Position numbers and translations under genes: made by a program
Source: Candidatus Sulfobium sp.
GTDB taxonomy: Bacteria > Nitrospirota > Thermodesulfovibrionia > Thermodesulfovibrionales > UBA6898
NCBI GenBank assembly: GCA_037380845.1
Contig: JARRRI010000020.1
Coordinates: 1-52,033, forward strand
Reading direction: 5' to 3'
DNA length: 52,033 bases
In this document: positions 17,885 through 27,019 of the stretch, in pieces
How the letters are laid out: every line of letters begins with the position of its first letter
Position numbering within the stretch: position 1 is the stretch's first letter
Notes under the pieces: generated by a model
Databases searched by the model: none
The model's input: the letters and a program-made list of their open reading frames with translations, nothing else
Told to the model about the DNA's origin: nothing

Positions 17885-18817
17885 ATGCGGGTGATCTTTT
17901 TCGGGACACCTGACTTTGCCGTTCCTTCTCTTAAAGTTCTCGTCGAAGCCGGAGAAGATATTGTTGCCGTCGTCACCCGGCCTGACAGGGCGAAGGGCAG
18001 GGGGCGCAAGTTGACGGCGCCGCCCGTGAAGGAACTGGCGCAGTCGAGGGGACTGCGAGTCATGCAGCCGGCGGCCGTCGGATCTCAGGCCTTTGCTGAA
18101 GAGCTTTCATCCCTGGATCCCGACGTTATAGCAGTTGTAGCTTACGGCAGGATTATCCCCCCTTCTATCCTTCGTTTGCCGCCTCTTGGCTGCGTCAACG
18201 TCCACGCGTCGCTGCTTCCGAAATACAGGGGGGCCGCGCCGGTGCAACGGGCGATAATAAACGGAGAGAAGAAGACCGGTGTCACTACAATGCTGATGGA
18301 TGAAGGTCTCGACACGGGCGGTATATTGCTGCAGGAGGAAACGGAAATAAGCAGTGACGAAAACGCCGGGAGTCTCGGTGCGAGACTGTCTGTGATGGGT
18401 GCATCATTATTGTCCGTGACCCTTGAAGGGTTGAAAAACGGGACCGTAAAGCCTTTTCCCCAGGCCGGCGAACCCACTTACGCTCCTCCCCTGAAGAAGG
18501 AGGACGGCGGGATAGACTGGTCTCTTCCTGCGGAAAGGCTGTCCGATCTGATAAGGGGCACTTATCCCTGGCCGGGGGCTTATTGCAGTTTTCAGGGCGA
18601 GAGGGTGACGATTTTAAGGGCCTCCGTGGCGGAGGGGGGACATGACTGTGCTCCGGGCGCCATTACTGGAATATCGGCCGAATCGATATGCACCTGCACG
18701 GGGCGCGGGATTCTAAGAGTCCTGGAATTAAAACCTCGAGGCAAAAAGGCCATGTCCGCCGGAGCGTTCATCAGAGGCAGACATGCGAAGGAGGGCGCGT
18801 CTTTTGACGGCGGTTAG
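17885..18817 (+). CDS. fmt: Methionyl-tRNA formyltransferase
   Basis: FFGTPDFA, NVHASLLPKYRGAAP, GLDTG. Confidence 0.97.
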   Translation: MRVIFFGTPDFAVPSLKVLVEAGEDIVAVVTRPDRAKGRGRKLTAPPVKELAQSRGLRVMQPAAVGSQAFAEELSSLDPDVIAVVAYGRIIPPSILRLPPLGCVNVHASLLPKYRGAAPVQRAIINGEKKTGVTTMLMDEGLDTGGILLQEETEISSDENAGSLGARLSVMGASLLSVTLEGLKNGTVKPFPQAGEPTYAPPLKKEDGGIDWSLPAERLSDLIRGTYPWPGAYCSFQGERVTILRASVAEGGHDCAPGAITGISAESICTCTGRGILRVLELKPRGKKAMSAGAFIRGRHAKEGASFDGG

Positions 18818-19358
18818 CCTGGCGAGGGGGGTCGTACTGAAGGTATTTTATCCCGTCCTTATGCTTGCGGGTTCTTTCTTCAGGGGCAGGAAGGAACGTT
18901 TTCAGAGGGCGGTCGTCGATTTGAACAACATGCTGGTGCGTGCGGAGAGGCCGGAAACGAAAAGGATACTTCTTTTGCTTCCCCACTGCCTTCAGATAGA
19001 TGAATGCACCATAAGGCTTACCCATAACATCCATAACTGCGAGCGGTGCGGGCGGTGCAATATAAGGGACTTCATAGAGATCGCTGAAGAGAAGGGCCTC
19101 AGTCTCTTTATCGCCACGGGGGGGAACCTTGCCAGAAAGATCGTCAGGGACGTCAGGCCGGAGGCGATTGTAGCGGTTGCCTGCGAGAGGGACTTGTCGA
19201 GCGGGCTTGTCGATACTTATCCCATACCAATTATCGGCATACCCAACGACCGTCCTTTCGGGCCCTGCCTGAACACCCGGGTTGACCTCGGCAAGGTTAA
19301 GGAGGCGATACGGTTTTTCTGCGGGCAGGCGCGGAACAATGAGAAATTGCAAGGATAA
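18783..19358 (+). CDS. DUF116 family protein
   Basis: LLLPHCLQ, CERCGRC, ATGG, AVACERDL, GPCLNT. Confidence 0.88.
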   Translation: MRRRARLLTAVSLARGVVLKVFYPVLMLAGSFFRGRKERFQRAVVDLNNMLVRAERPETKRILLLLPHCLQIDECTIRLTHNIHNCERCGRCNIRDFIEIAEEKGLSLFIATGGNLARKIVRDVRPEAIVAVACERDLSSGLVDTYPIPIIGIPNDRPFGPCLNTRVDLGKVKEAIRFFCGQARNNEKLQG

Positions 19359-19421
19359 CTGAATGGTCGTTTATCTGAAACCTCCCCTCACTGCTGCCTG
19401 CCGGAATGCAGGGCTCCCGGG

Positions 19422-19461
19422 TCATAACTCTCCCTTTTCCCCTCTTATCTTAAGGAGGGGG
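19422..19461 (+). repeat. TCATAACTCCCC...CTTATCTT-type dispersed repeat, copy 1
   Basis: 26/30 identity by eye with the reverse complement of 32995-33024; includes a CCCCTC...GAGGGG hairpin. Confidence 0.55.
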
Positions 19462-19572
19462 ATGCCAAAGGCCGGGCGTTACCCCGGAGAGTCCGGAAGC
19501 TTCCGGGATTTGGCAAAGGCGCTCGGGAGATTTTTTGCGATAATGGCTTTCACAATTTTTGCGAGGTGAACG

Positions 19573-20442
19573 ATGAAGCGACTTCCTGATTGGATCCGGA
19601 CAAGAAGTCTGGCTGATACACACGATATGAAGCGCCTCCTCAGGAGACACAGGGTGGCCACGGTATGCGAAGAGGCGAGGTGCCCGAACCGGAGCGAGTG
19701 TTTCTCCCGGCCGACGGCAACCTTCATGGTTTTGGGGGCCCGCTGTACCAGGAACTGCGGCTTCTGTGCGGTGACATCCGGACTGCCGGAGCCCCCGGAC
19801 ACGGATGAGCCCGAAAATGTTGCCGTGGCCGCTGCTGAAATGCGTCTGAAGTATGTGGTCATCACATCCGTCACACGTGACGACCTTCGCGACGGAGGCG
19901 CAGGGCATTTCGCTGCGACAATAAGGGAGGTGAGGGGTCGCCTGCCTTTATCCAGGATCGAAGTCCTCACACCGGATTTCAGGGGTGATATGGAGGCCCT
20001 GAAGACAGTCATCGAGGCGCGTCCCGACGTCTTCAACCACAATGTTGAAACGGTAGAGAGGCTTTATGGGACAGTGAGGCCCCAGGCCGATTACCGGCGT
20101 TCCCTGGGTGTTCTCAGGAGGGCGAAGGGCATCTCGTCTGATGTTTTTATCAAGTCCGGGTTTATGCTGGGCCTGGGAGAGCGCTCCGAAGAGGTCGTCG
20201 GCCTGCTGGGAGAGCTGAGACAAAGCGGGTGCGATTTTATTACAATAGGACAGTACCTCAGGCCCTCAAGAAACAATCTTCCTGTGGTAGAATACATCCG
20301 GCCGGAGATATTTGAAGAACTGAGGCTGAAGGCACTCGGTATGGGCTTTCGGTATGTGGCATCGGGTCCTCTTGTCAGAAGCTCCATGAATGCGGCCGAA
20401 ATGTACGATGCGGTGCCGGGCGGCGGAACGAAGGAGGAATGA
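19573..20442 (+). CDS. lipA: Lipoyl synthase
   Basis: CEEARCPNRSEC and CTRNCGFC clusters, NHNVETV, GPLVRSS. Confidence 0.97.
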   Translation: MKRLPDWIRTRSLADTHDMKRLLRRHRVATVCEEARCPNRSECFSRPTATFMVLGARCTRNCGFCAVTSGLPEPPDTDEPENVAVAAAEMRLKYVVITSVTRDDLRDGGAGHFAATIREVRGRLPLSRIEVLTPDFRGDMEALKTVIEARPDVFNHNVETVERLYGTVRPQADYRRSLGVLRRAKGISSDVFIKSGFMLGLGERSEEVVGLLGELRQSGCDFITIGQYLRPSRNNLPVVEYIRPEIFEELRLKALGMGFRYVASGPLVRSSMNAAEMYDAVPGGGTKEE

Positions 20443-20448
20443 TCATCC

Positions 20449-21624
20449 ATGTTTGAATTCAGCAGGATCAAGAGGCTGCCCCCCTATGTCTTTGCTACGG
20501 TCAATAATCTGAAGATGGAGGCGAGGCGGCGCGGAGAAGACATCATAGACCTTGGGATGGGGAACCCCGACGGGGCGACCCCGAAACACATAGTCGAGAA
20601 GCTGACGGAGGCCGCGAAGAAGCCGAAGAACCACCGCTATTCGGCGTCGAAGGGCATAACCCAGCTGAGAATGGCGATATGCGAGTGGTATAAGAGACGG
20701 TATGACGTGGACCTCGACCCCGAATCGGAGGCAGTGGTCACGATCGGATCGAAGGAGGGGCTGTCTCATCTGGTGTTGGCGACCGTGGGACCGGGAGACG
20801 TTGTCCTTACCCCCACCCCTGCCTATCCCATTCACCCCTATAGCGTGATCATTGCGGGCGGCGAGGTGAGGACCGTTCCCATAGGACCGGGAATAGACTT
20901 CTTCGGGGAGATGGAGAAGGCGTATAAGACCACGTGGCCGCGCCCGAAGATGCTGATCATGAATTTTCCCCATAACCCCACCACGCAGGTTGCGGAGGGG
21001 CTCGATTTTTTCAGGAAGGTCGTGGACTTTGCCAAGGAAAACAATATCATAGTCCTCCACGACCTCGCCTATGCCGACCTTGTCTTCGACGATTACAAGG
21101 CTCCGAGTTTTCTGCAGGTTCCGGGGGCGAAGGATATCGGGGTAGAGTTCTTTTCCCTGACGAAGAGCTACTCCATGGCGGGGTGGAGAGTCGGGTTCTG
21201 CGTGGGCAACAAAGAGCTTGTGGGCGCGCTGATAAAGATCAAGAGTTACCTCGATTACGGGATGTTTCAGCCTATACAGATCGCCAGCATAATAGCTTTG
21301 CGGGGACCGCAGGATTGCGTGGAGGACATAAGGAGAGTTTACGAGAGGAGGAGGAACGTCCTCATGAAAGGTCTCAGGCAGGCCGGATGGCCTATTGAGC
21401 CCCCGAAGGCCACAATGTTCGCCTGGGCGGAGATACCGGAGGCCTTCAGAAAGATGGGGTCGCTCGAATTCTGCAAGCTGTTGATCAAAAAGGGAGGAGT
21501 CGCCGTGTCTCCCGGCATCGGGTTCGGCGAGGGGGGAGACGATTACGTGAGGTTTGCACTTGTAGAAAATGAGCACAGGATACGTCAGGCGACCGCGGGA
21601 ATAAAGAGGGTGCTGAACAGATGA
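20449..21624 (+). CDS. PLP-dependent class I/II aminotransferase (AlaC/DapL-like)
   Basis: [34 protein letters not shown]. Confidence 0.92.
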   Translation: MFEFSRIKRLPPYVFATVNNLKMEARRRGEDIIDLGMGNPDGATPKHIVEKLTEAAKKPKNHRYSASKGITQLRMAICEWYKRRYDVDLDPESEAVVTIGSKEGLSHLVLATVGPGDVVLTPTPAYPIHPYSVIIAGGEVRTVPIGPGIDFFGEMEKAYKTTWPRPKMLIMNFPHNPTTQVAEGLDFFRKVVDFAKENNIIVLHDLAYADLVFDDYKAPSFLQVPGAKDIGVEFFSLTKSYSMAGWRVGFCVGNKELVGALIKIKSYLDYGMFQPIQIASIIALRGPQDCVEDIRRVYERRRNVLMKGLRQAGWPIEPPKATMFAWAEIPEAFRKMGSLEFCKLLIKKGGVAVSPGIGFGEGGDDYVRFALVENEHRIRQATAGIKRVLNR

Positions 21625-22919
21625 TCCATGTAGGCGTGATCGGTTTCGGGACGGTTGGGACGGGGACTGTAAGGATACTCCTGAAGAACGGGAAACTCCT
21701 GACAGAAAGGTCCGGTATAAAAATCAACCTCAAGAGGATAGCCGATGTCGATGTGAAAAGAGACAGGGGGATCAGGCTACCCAAGGGCGTCCTGACCCCC
21801 GACCCTGGATCCGTGGTCTCGGATCCCGACATCCGGATAGTCGTCGAACTTATCGGGGGCACTACTGTTGCGAAGGACCTTGTCCTCCGGGCGATCAGGA
21901 ACGGCAAGCACGTGGTCACAGCGAACAAGGCGCTGCTTGCGACGCATGGGGCCGAGATATTCGGCGCCGCCGAAAAGGCGGGAGTGGGAATCGGGTTTGA
22001 GGCCTCGGTTGCCGGCGGCATTCCCATCGTCAAGGTGATCCGGGAGGGGCTTGTGGCGAACCGGATTAAGGCTGTCTACGGGATTATAAACGGCACCACC
22101 AATTACATACTTAGCAAGATGACGGAGGAGAACCGGGAGTTTTCCGAGGTGCTGGGAGAGGCCCAGAGGCTGGGCTATGCCGAGGCCGATCCGACCTATG
22201 ACATCGAGGGGATCGATTCCGCCCATAAGCTCGCCATCCTCGCCTCCCTTTCATACGGGACCAGGTTCGGCATCAAAGACGTATACAGGGAAGGAATTTC
22301 GTGGATATCCCCCATGGACATAGAATTCGCACGTGAACTCGGGTATAAGCTGAAGCTTCTCGCCATTACAAAGGAGATAGACGGCAAGGTGGAATTAAGG
22401 GTGCATCCCACGATGATCCCGGAAGGCAATCTTATTTCGAAGGTGGACGGCGTTTTCAACGCCGTTTATGTCGAGGGCGATGCCGCGGGGGCCACCCTTT
22501 ATTACGGCCGGGGCGCCGGAGACATGCCGACGGGGAGCGCTGTCGTCAGCGACATAGTCGGCATTGCAAGAGACATCGAGCACGGGTCGGACGGCGGTTT
22601 TTCTGTTCCGGCCGCTTCCCGGAAGGCCGGAAGCCTGATGAAGATGGCAGACGTGAGGTCAATGTATTACTTCAGGTTTTCGGCCATCGACAAGCCCGGG
22701 GTCCTTTCAAAAATTTCGGGTATTCTCGGGAAACACGATATAAGTATTGCTTCGGTCATTCAGAAGGGCAGGCGCATAGGCAGGGCCGTCCCCCTGGTGG
22801 TACTGACGCATGAGGCCAGGGAAAAGGACGTTGGCACCGCGGTCAAGGAAATAAACAGGTTGTCCATTGTGGCCGGCAAATCGGTTTTCATAAGGGTGGA
22901 AGATAAGGAATCAACGTAG
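21621..22919 (+). CDS. hom: Homoserine dehydrogenase with ACT domain
   Basis: [35 protein letters not shown]. Confidence 0.97.
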   Translation: MIHVGVIGFGTVGTGTVRILLKNGKLLTERSGIKINLKRIADVDVKRDRGIRLPKGVLTPDPGSVVSDPDIRIVVELIGGTTVAKDLVLRAIRNGKHVVTANKALLATHGAEIFGAAEKAGVGIGFEASVAGGIPIVKVIREGLVANRIKAVYGIINGTTNYILSKMTEENREFSEVLGEAQRLGYAEADPTYDIEGIDSAHKLAILASLSYGTRFGIKDVYREGISWISPMDIEFARELGYKLKLLAITKEIDGKVELRVHPTMIPEGNLISKVDGVFNAVYVEGDAAGATLYYGRGAGDMPTGSAVVSDIVGIARDIEHGSDGGFSVPAASRKAGSLMKMADVRSMYYFRFSAIDKPGVLSKISGILGKHDISIASVIQKGRRIGRAVPLVVLTHEAREKDVGTAVKEINRLSIVAGKSVFIRVEDKEST

Positions 22920-22984
22920 TTTGACGCCTTCTTTTGGATGTAGATGTTCCCAATGCTGTCCGGTATCTCGTAAAACGGCAAAAA

Positions 22985-23091
22985 ATTACGGAGCCACACC
23001 TTCCTGGGTAAAACTTCTACCCGGTCAGCCGTCGGTTCGCTGCGTTTCATGCCCGCCTGCGGCGTCGACTGATCTTGCGTGGCTCCGGAAT
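22985..23091. repeat. Structured ~105-bp element with terminal inverted repeats (MITE-like or ncRNA)
   Basis: ATTACGGAGCCAC ... GTGGCTCCGGAAT ends (12/13 complementary) enclosing internal hairpins. Confidence 0.5.
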
Positions 23092-23097
23092 AATCTT

Positions 23098-23272
23098 GCG
23101 AATCCCCCAGAGCGGGCAACCACCGAGAGCTCTTTCCTACGTGGGTGCTTCCCCGTATGCTTTAGGCTTCCCTTCTAAGGGCCTGCTCACCGCATACAGC
23201 CTCCGCTCCCTAACCCAGTGGCTTGATCCTCCGATTTAACCCGGACCAGGAGACCGCAATTCCTTTCTCTAA
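23098..23272 (-). ncRNA. ssrS: 6S RNA
   Basis: Long rod: closing stem GCGGTCTCCTGG / CTGGGGGATTCGC, GGGAGC and GCACCCAC motifs flanking the apical GTATGC/GCATAC stem; strong promoter upstream. Confidence 0.75.
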
Positions 23273-23276
23273 CTCT

Positions 23277-23305
23277 AGTTTAGCGCGACAAGCCCAAACT
23301 GTCAA
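23277..23305 (-). promoter_or_regulatory. sigma70 promoter of 6S RNA
   Basis: TTGACA-N17-TAAACT. Confidence 0.75.
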
Positions 23306-23426
23306 AACAGATAACCGGCCAAAAGACCGTGAAAGACGCTGGAAGCGGCCTGAAAAAGAGCTTTTCGACCGATTCGACGCGCAAGTTCACGTTCTTGATC
23401 GTTAGCGAATCAAGACATCTGTCGGC

Positions 23427-24398
23427 TCATCCACCTCTAAACGCTGCCATCGCCTCATCGACGACTTTCCCCGGGCAGTCCGCATATTTCGGAGAAATAT
23501 GCGTTATAACAAGCTTTTTTACGGCCGCCTCCCTTGCTATCTTCCCGCACTCCCGGGCAGTGAGATGGAACCTCTCAAGGGCGCGGTCTCTGTCCTTTTC
23601 CATGAAATACGCCTCACAATAAAAAACATCGGAACCTTTCACCAGAGCAGCCAGCCTCGCTGCATTTCTCCGTCCTATGGCAATGTCGGTGGCATATGAA
23701 ATCTTATGGCCTTTCGTGATGAGGGCGATGTCAAAAAGTCGTTCAATGCTGTATGATTTACCCCCGGCATCAATCAGCCTTTCCCTGGGGGAGTTTTCCC
23801 TGATGGCCCTCTTGAATTCGGTCAGCCAGGGGCCGACCTGAAGTCCCATCTTCAGAAGCCGGTCCCTGTCGATGTTTATGTGGAACTCTTCTTCCAGTGA
23901 AAAAGCCAGGCAAGGTATATCGTGGTCCAGTTTCACCGCCCTCGCCTTGAACGCAGGGTTCGCAATCAGCGTGCCGTCAGAGTCTTCCCTGACCGCACAT
24001 TCTCTTTTGAAGGCGTTTTTTGCTTCGAAAACGGTGCGGGATAGTTTTTTCCCGTTGAAGGCGCAGACGCGGATTACGGCCGGGTAATCCCTGATCAGAT
24101 TCCACGTGTAGCCTCTCAGCTTGCCTTGCACGCAAGCGGTGATGCCCGGGGGCCCGTATATCGTGACCGGCGATTCCCGTCTCAGGGTCATGCGCAAGAG
24201 TCTGTCGAAACCGATAAAGTGGTCGATATGCGTGTGGGTTACAAATACGTCGGTAACCCTGTAGATTTCGGATGGGGCCAGGTTGTGAATGTCTCCCAGG
24301 TCGAACAGGATTGCCCGCTTCTCCCTGGGGATACGCACATAAAGACAAGGATCCTCGAAATGGCTGTTTACCAGCCTGTGACTGAAGCCGGATTTCAT
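23427..24398 (-). CDS. Ribonuclease Z-like MBL-fold metallohydrolase
   Basis: FDLGD, THTHIDH (HxHxDH), LDHDIPC, FHLT, THISPKY; start moved to MKSGF. Confidence 0.85.
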   Translation of the reverse strand: MKSGFSHRLVNSHFEDPCLYVRIPREKRAILFDLGDIHNLAPSEIYRVTDVFVTHTHIDHFIGFDRLLRMTLRRESPVTIYGPPGITACVQGKLRGYTWNLIRDYPAVIRVCAFNGKKLSRTVFEAKNAFKRECAVREDSDGTLIANPAFKARAVKLDHDIPCLAFSLEEEFHINIDRDRLLKMGLQVGPWLTEFKRAIRENSPRERLIDAGGKSYSIERLFDIALITKGHKISYATDIAIGRRNAARLAALVKGSDVFYCEAYFMEKDRDRALERFHLTARECGKIAREAAVKKLVITHISPKYADCPGKVVDEAMAAFRGG

Positions 24399-24560
24399 CC
24401 TTAAATTATAAGGCCTTATCACTAAGCAATGATAATAAGGAATCCTATAATGATGTGATATAATAATGCAAAGCGGCGGGAGAAAATTCCCTGAAGGCAA
24501 TTTTTTGAAATATTTATCCTTTATTCCTGCGATGTTAACGGATTTTAAGACGGAGGTCTT

Positions 24561-25556
24561 ATGCCAGAACTAAGAAAGGATCCAATCGTCGGCAGATGGG
24601 TCATCATATCGGTAGAGAGGGGAAAGAGACCTTCCGATTTTGTCTCGGTTTCCCAGAGAAAGAGGGGCGGTTTCTGTCCCTTTTGTGCAGGCAATGAATA
24701 CACCACCCCGCCCGAGATAATGGCCTTTAGACCCCCGGGCGCGCCTGCGAACTCGCCGGGGTGGACGCTGAGGGTCATGCCGAACAAGTTTCCGGCGCTT
24801 CAGATATACGGTGATCTCGGGAAAACTGGCGAGGGTATTTTCGACAAAATGAACGGCATCGGCGCTCATGAGGTAATCGTGGAGACCCCCGACCACAATC
24901 TGTCGCTGGCCACGATGTCTCAGAAGGCGGTGGAAGACGTACTTTGGGCGTGGCACATGAGGCTGGCGGACCTCAAGAAGGACAAGCGCTTCAAGTATGT
25001 CATAGTGTTCAAGAACGAAGGGGAAATCGCAGGGGCCTCTCTCGAACACACGCATACTCAGCTCATCGCCCTGCCCATTGTTCCGTCACTTGTGAAGGAG
25101 GAGGTCGACTCGGCGAAACTCCATTATGAGTATAAAGAGAGGTGTATTTTCTGTGATGTGATCAGCCAGGAACTGGACAGCGGAAAAAGGGTCATCTATG
25201 AGAATGCCGAGTATGTGGCGCTGGCACCGTTTGCTCCCAGGGCACCCTTTGAAACGTGGATCCTGCCCAAGAAGCATGAGTCGATGTTCGGCCCCAGGGA
25301 GAAGAGCTTTGGAGAACTGGCAGAGTTGCTCCAGAGGATACTCAGGCAGATGGACAGAATACTGGACACGCCGCCTTACAATTTCGTCCTCCACATATCA
25401 CCGTTCTACGACGAAGAAAACGAGTACTATCACTGGCATATCGAGCTCATGCCCAAGCTGACCCGGATAGCCGGATTCGAATGGGGATCCGGTTTTTATA
25501 TCAACCCGACCCCACCGGAGGAATCAGCCAAGTTTATGCGAGAAGCAAAGATATAG
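24561..25556 (+). CDS. galT: GalT-family nucleotidyltransferase (galactose-1-phosphate uridylyltransferase-like)
   Basis: ELRKDP, CPFCAGNE, PNKFPAL, GASLEHTHTQ, AGFEWGSG. Confidence 0.88.
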   Translation: MPELRKDPIVGRWVIISVERGKRPSDFVSVSQRKRGGFCPFCAGNEYTTPPEIMAFRPPGAPANSPGWTLRVMPNKFPALQIYGDLGKTGEGIFDKMNGIGAHEVIVETPDHNLSLATMSQKAVEDVLWAWHMRLADLKKDKRFKYVIVFKNEGEIAGASLEHTHTQLIALPIVPSLVKEEVDSAKLHYEYKERCIFCDVISQELDSGKRVIYENAEYVALAPFAPRAPFETWILPKKHESMFGPREKSFGELAELLQRILRQMDRILDTPPYNFVLHISPFYDEENEYYHWHIELMPKLTRIAGFEWGSGFYINPTPPEESAKFMREAKI

Positions 25557-25567
25557 AAAGGTCGGAT

Positions 25568-27019
25568 ATGAGAATACTCATCGCAAGCCCCGAGGCAACT
25601 CCATACGCAAAGACCGGCGGCCTTGCGGACGTGGCCGGCGCCCTCCTGAAAGAGTTTTCCGCACTGAAGCAGAAGGCCTCTCTTGTCCTGCCGCTTTACA
25701 GGAAGATCACCGAGAAGTTCAGTCTGCACGATACCGGCAAATCGTTCGTGGTAGCAATGGGAAGTACACGTGTTGAAGGAAGGATATGGACTTCGGAGAC
25801 TGCACGGACACCGGGCGCATATTTTATAGAATGTGAGGAGCTTTACGGGAGGAAAGAACTCTACGGGACTTCGAAGGGAGATTATCGTGACAACGCCCTG
25901 AGGTTCGCCTTTTTCTCCAGAGCTGTCATTGAGACCTGCCTGGCGATGGACATAAGGCCCGATCTGATACACTGCAATGACTGGCAGACCGGAATGGTCC
26001 CACTTTACCTCAGGTATTTCTACGCGGATAAGAGTCATGTGAAGAATACCGCTACCCTCTATACCGTCCATAACCTTGGATACCAGGGCCTTTTCCCCCC
26101 TGTAGATATCTCGTTTACGGGGCTCGGAAGCGATTACTTTACACCCGACAGACTTGAATTCTATGGAAGGCTGAACTTCATGAAGGCCGGACTCCTCTAT
26201 GCCGATCTGCTAAATACCGTCAGCAAAACGTATGCAAGAGAAATACTCGACCCTGAATACGGTTTCGGGCTCGAAGGGGTGTTGAGGATGAGGAAGCATG
26301 ATCTTTACGGGGTCATAAACGGGCTGGATTATGAGGAGTGGGACCCCGCTCATGACAGGTTTGTACCCCGGCATTACAGTGAGGCCAACTTGGCGGACAA
26401 GGCGCTGTGCAAGAAAAGGCTCATGGAAGAGACGGGACTCCGGGGTGACAGGCGCCCTCTTCTCGGTGTAGTGAGCAGGTTCTCCTCTCAGAAGGGTCTG
26501 GACCTCCTGGCTAACTCTCTCGACCGGATGGTCCGTCTGGGGGTGAACGTCGTTGTCCTCGGAAAGGGCGATGAGTATTACCAGGACCTTTTGTCGTCCA
26601 TATCCGGCAAGCACCCGGGAAGGGTTTTCGTCAAGGTCGGTTTCAGGGAGTCGCTGGCCCATATAATTTACGCGGGATGCGATTTTTTCCTGATGCCGTC
26701 GAAGTACGAACCATGCGGACTGGGACAGTTGATTGCACTCAGATATGGGACGATCCCGGTTGCGCGAAACACCGGCGGACTGGCTGACACTATTGAGGAT
26801 TACGACCATCTCAGGACCAGGGGCACGGGGTTCCTGTTCTCCGGTTATACGCCGGCCTCTTTGCTCGATGCGATAAAGAGGGCTTTGTGCGTTTACACTG
26901 ACGAAAAGAAGATGAGGAAGCTGGTCTCCGGGGCCATGAAGACCGATTTCTCGTGGAGGAAGTCCGCGGAGAAATACCTGGAGCTCTATGGGAAGGCCCT
27001 AAGGAAGGTGGTCACGTGA
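25568..27019 (+). CDS. glgA: Glycogen synthase
   Basis: KTGGLADV, HCNDWQT, HNLGYQG, PSKYEPCGL, TGGLADT. Confidence 0.96.
   Translation: MRILIASPEATPYAKTGGLADVAGALLKEFSALKQKASLVLPLYRKITEKFSLHDTGKSFVVAMGSTRVEGRIWTSETARTPGAYFIECEELYGRKELYGTSKGDYRDNALRFAFFSRAVIETCLAMDIRPDLIHCNDWQTGMVPLYLRYFYADKSHVKNTATLYTVHNLGYQGLFPPVDISFTGLGSDYFTPDRLEFYGRLNFMKAGLLYADLLNTVSKTYAREILDPEYGFGLEGVLRMRKHDLYGVINGLDYEEWDPAHDRFVPRHYSEANLADKALCKKRLMEETGLRGDRRPLLGVVSRFSSQKGLDLLANSLDRMVRLGVNVVVLGKGDEYYQDLLSSISGKHPGRVFVKVGFRESLAHIIYAGCDFFLMPSKYEPCGLGQLIALRYGTIPVARNTGGLADTIEDYDHLRTRGTGFLFSGYTPASLLDAIKRALCVYTDEKKMRKLVSGAMKTDFSWRKSAEKYLELYGKALRKVVT

Noticed and set aside
20443..21576. Long minus-strand ORF (likewise 29965-31062, 31793-32872, 35314-36348)
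   Set aside because: Antisense to well-supported genes and without recognisable motifs; expected in GC-rich DNA
22989..23087. Possible SRP (4.5S) RNA
   Set aside because: No CAGG...GGAA...AGCAG domain IV motif on either strand
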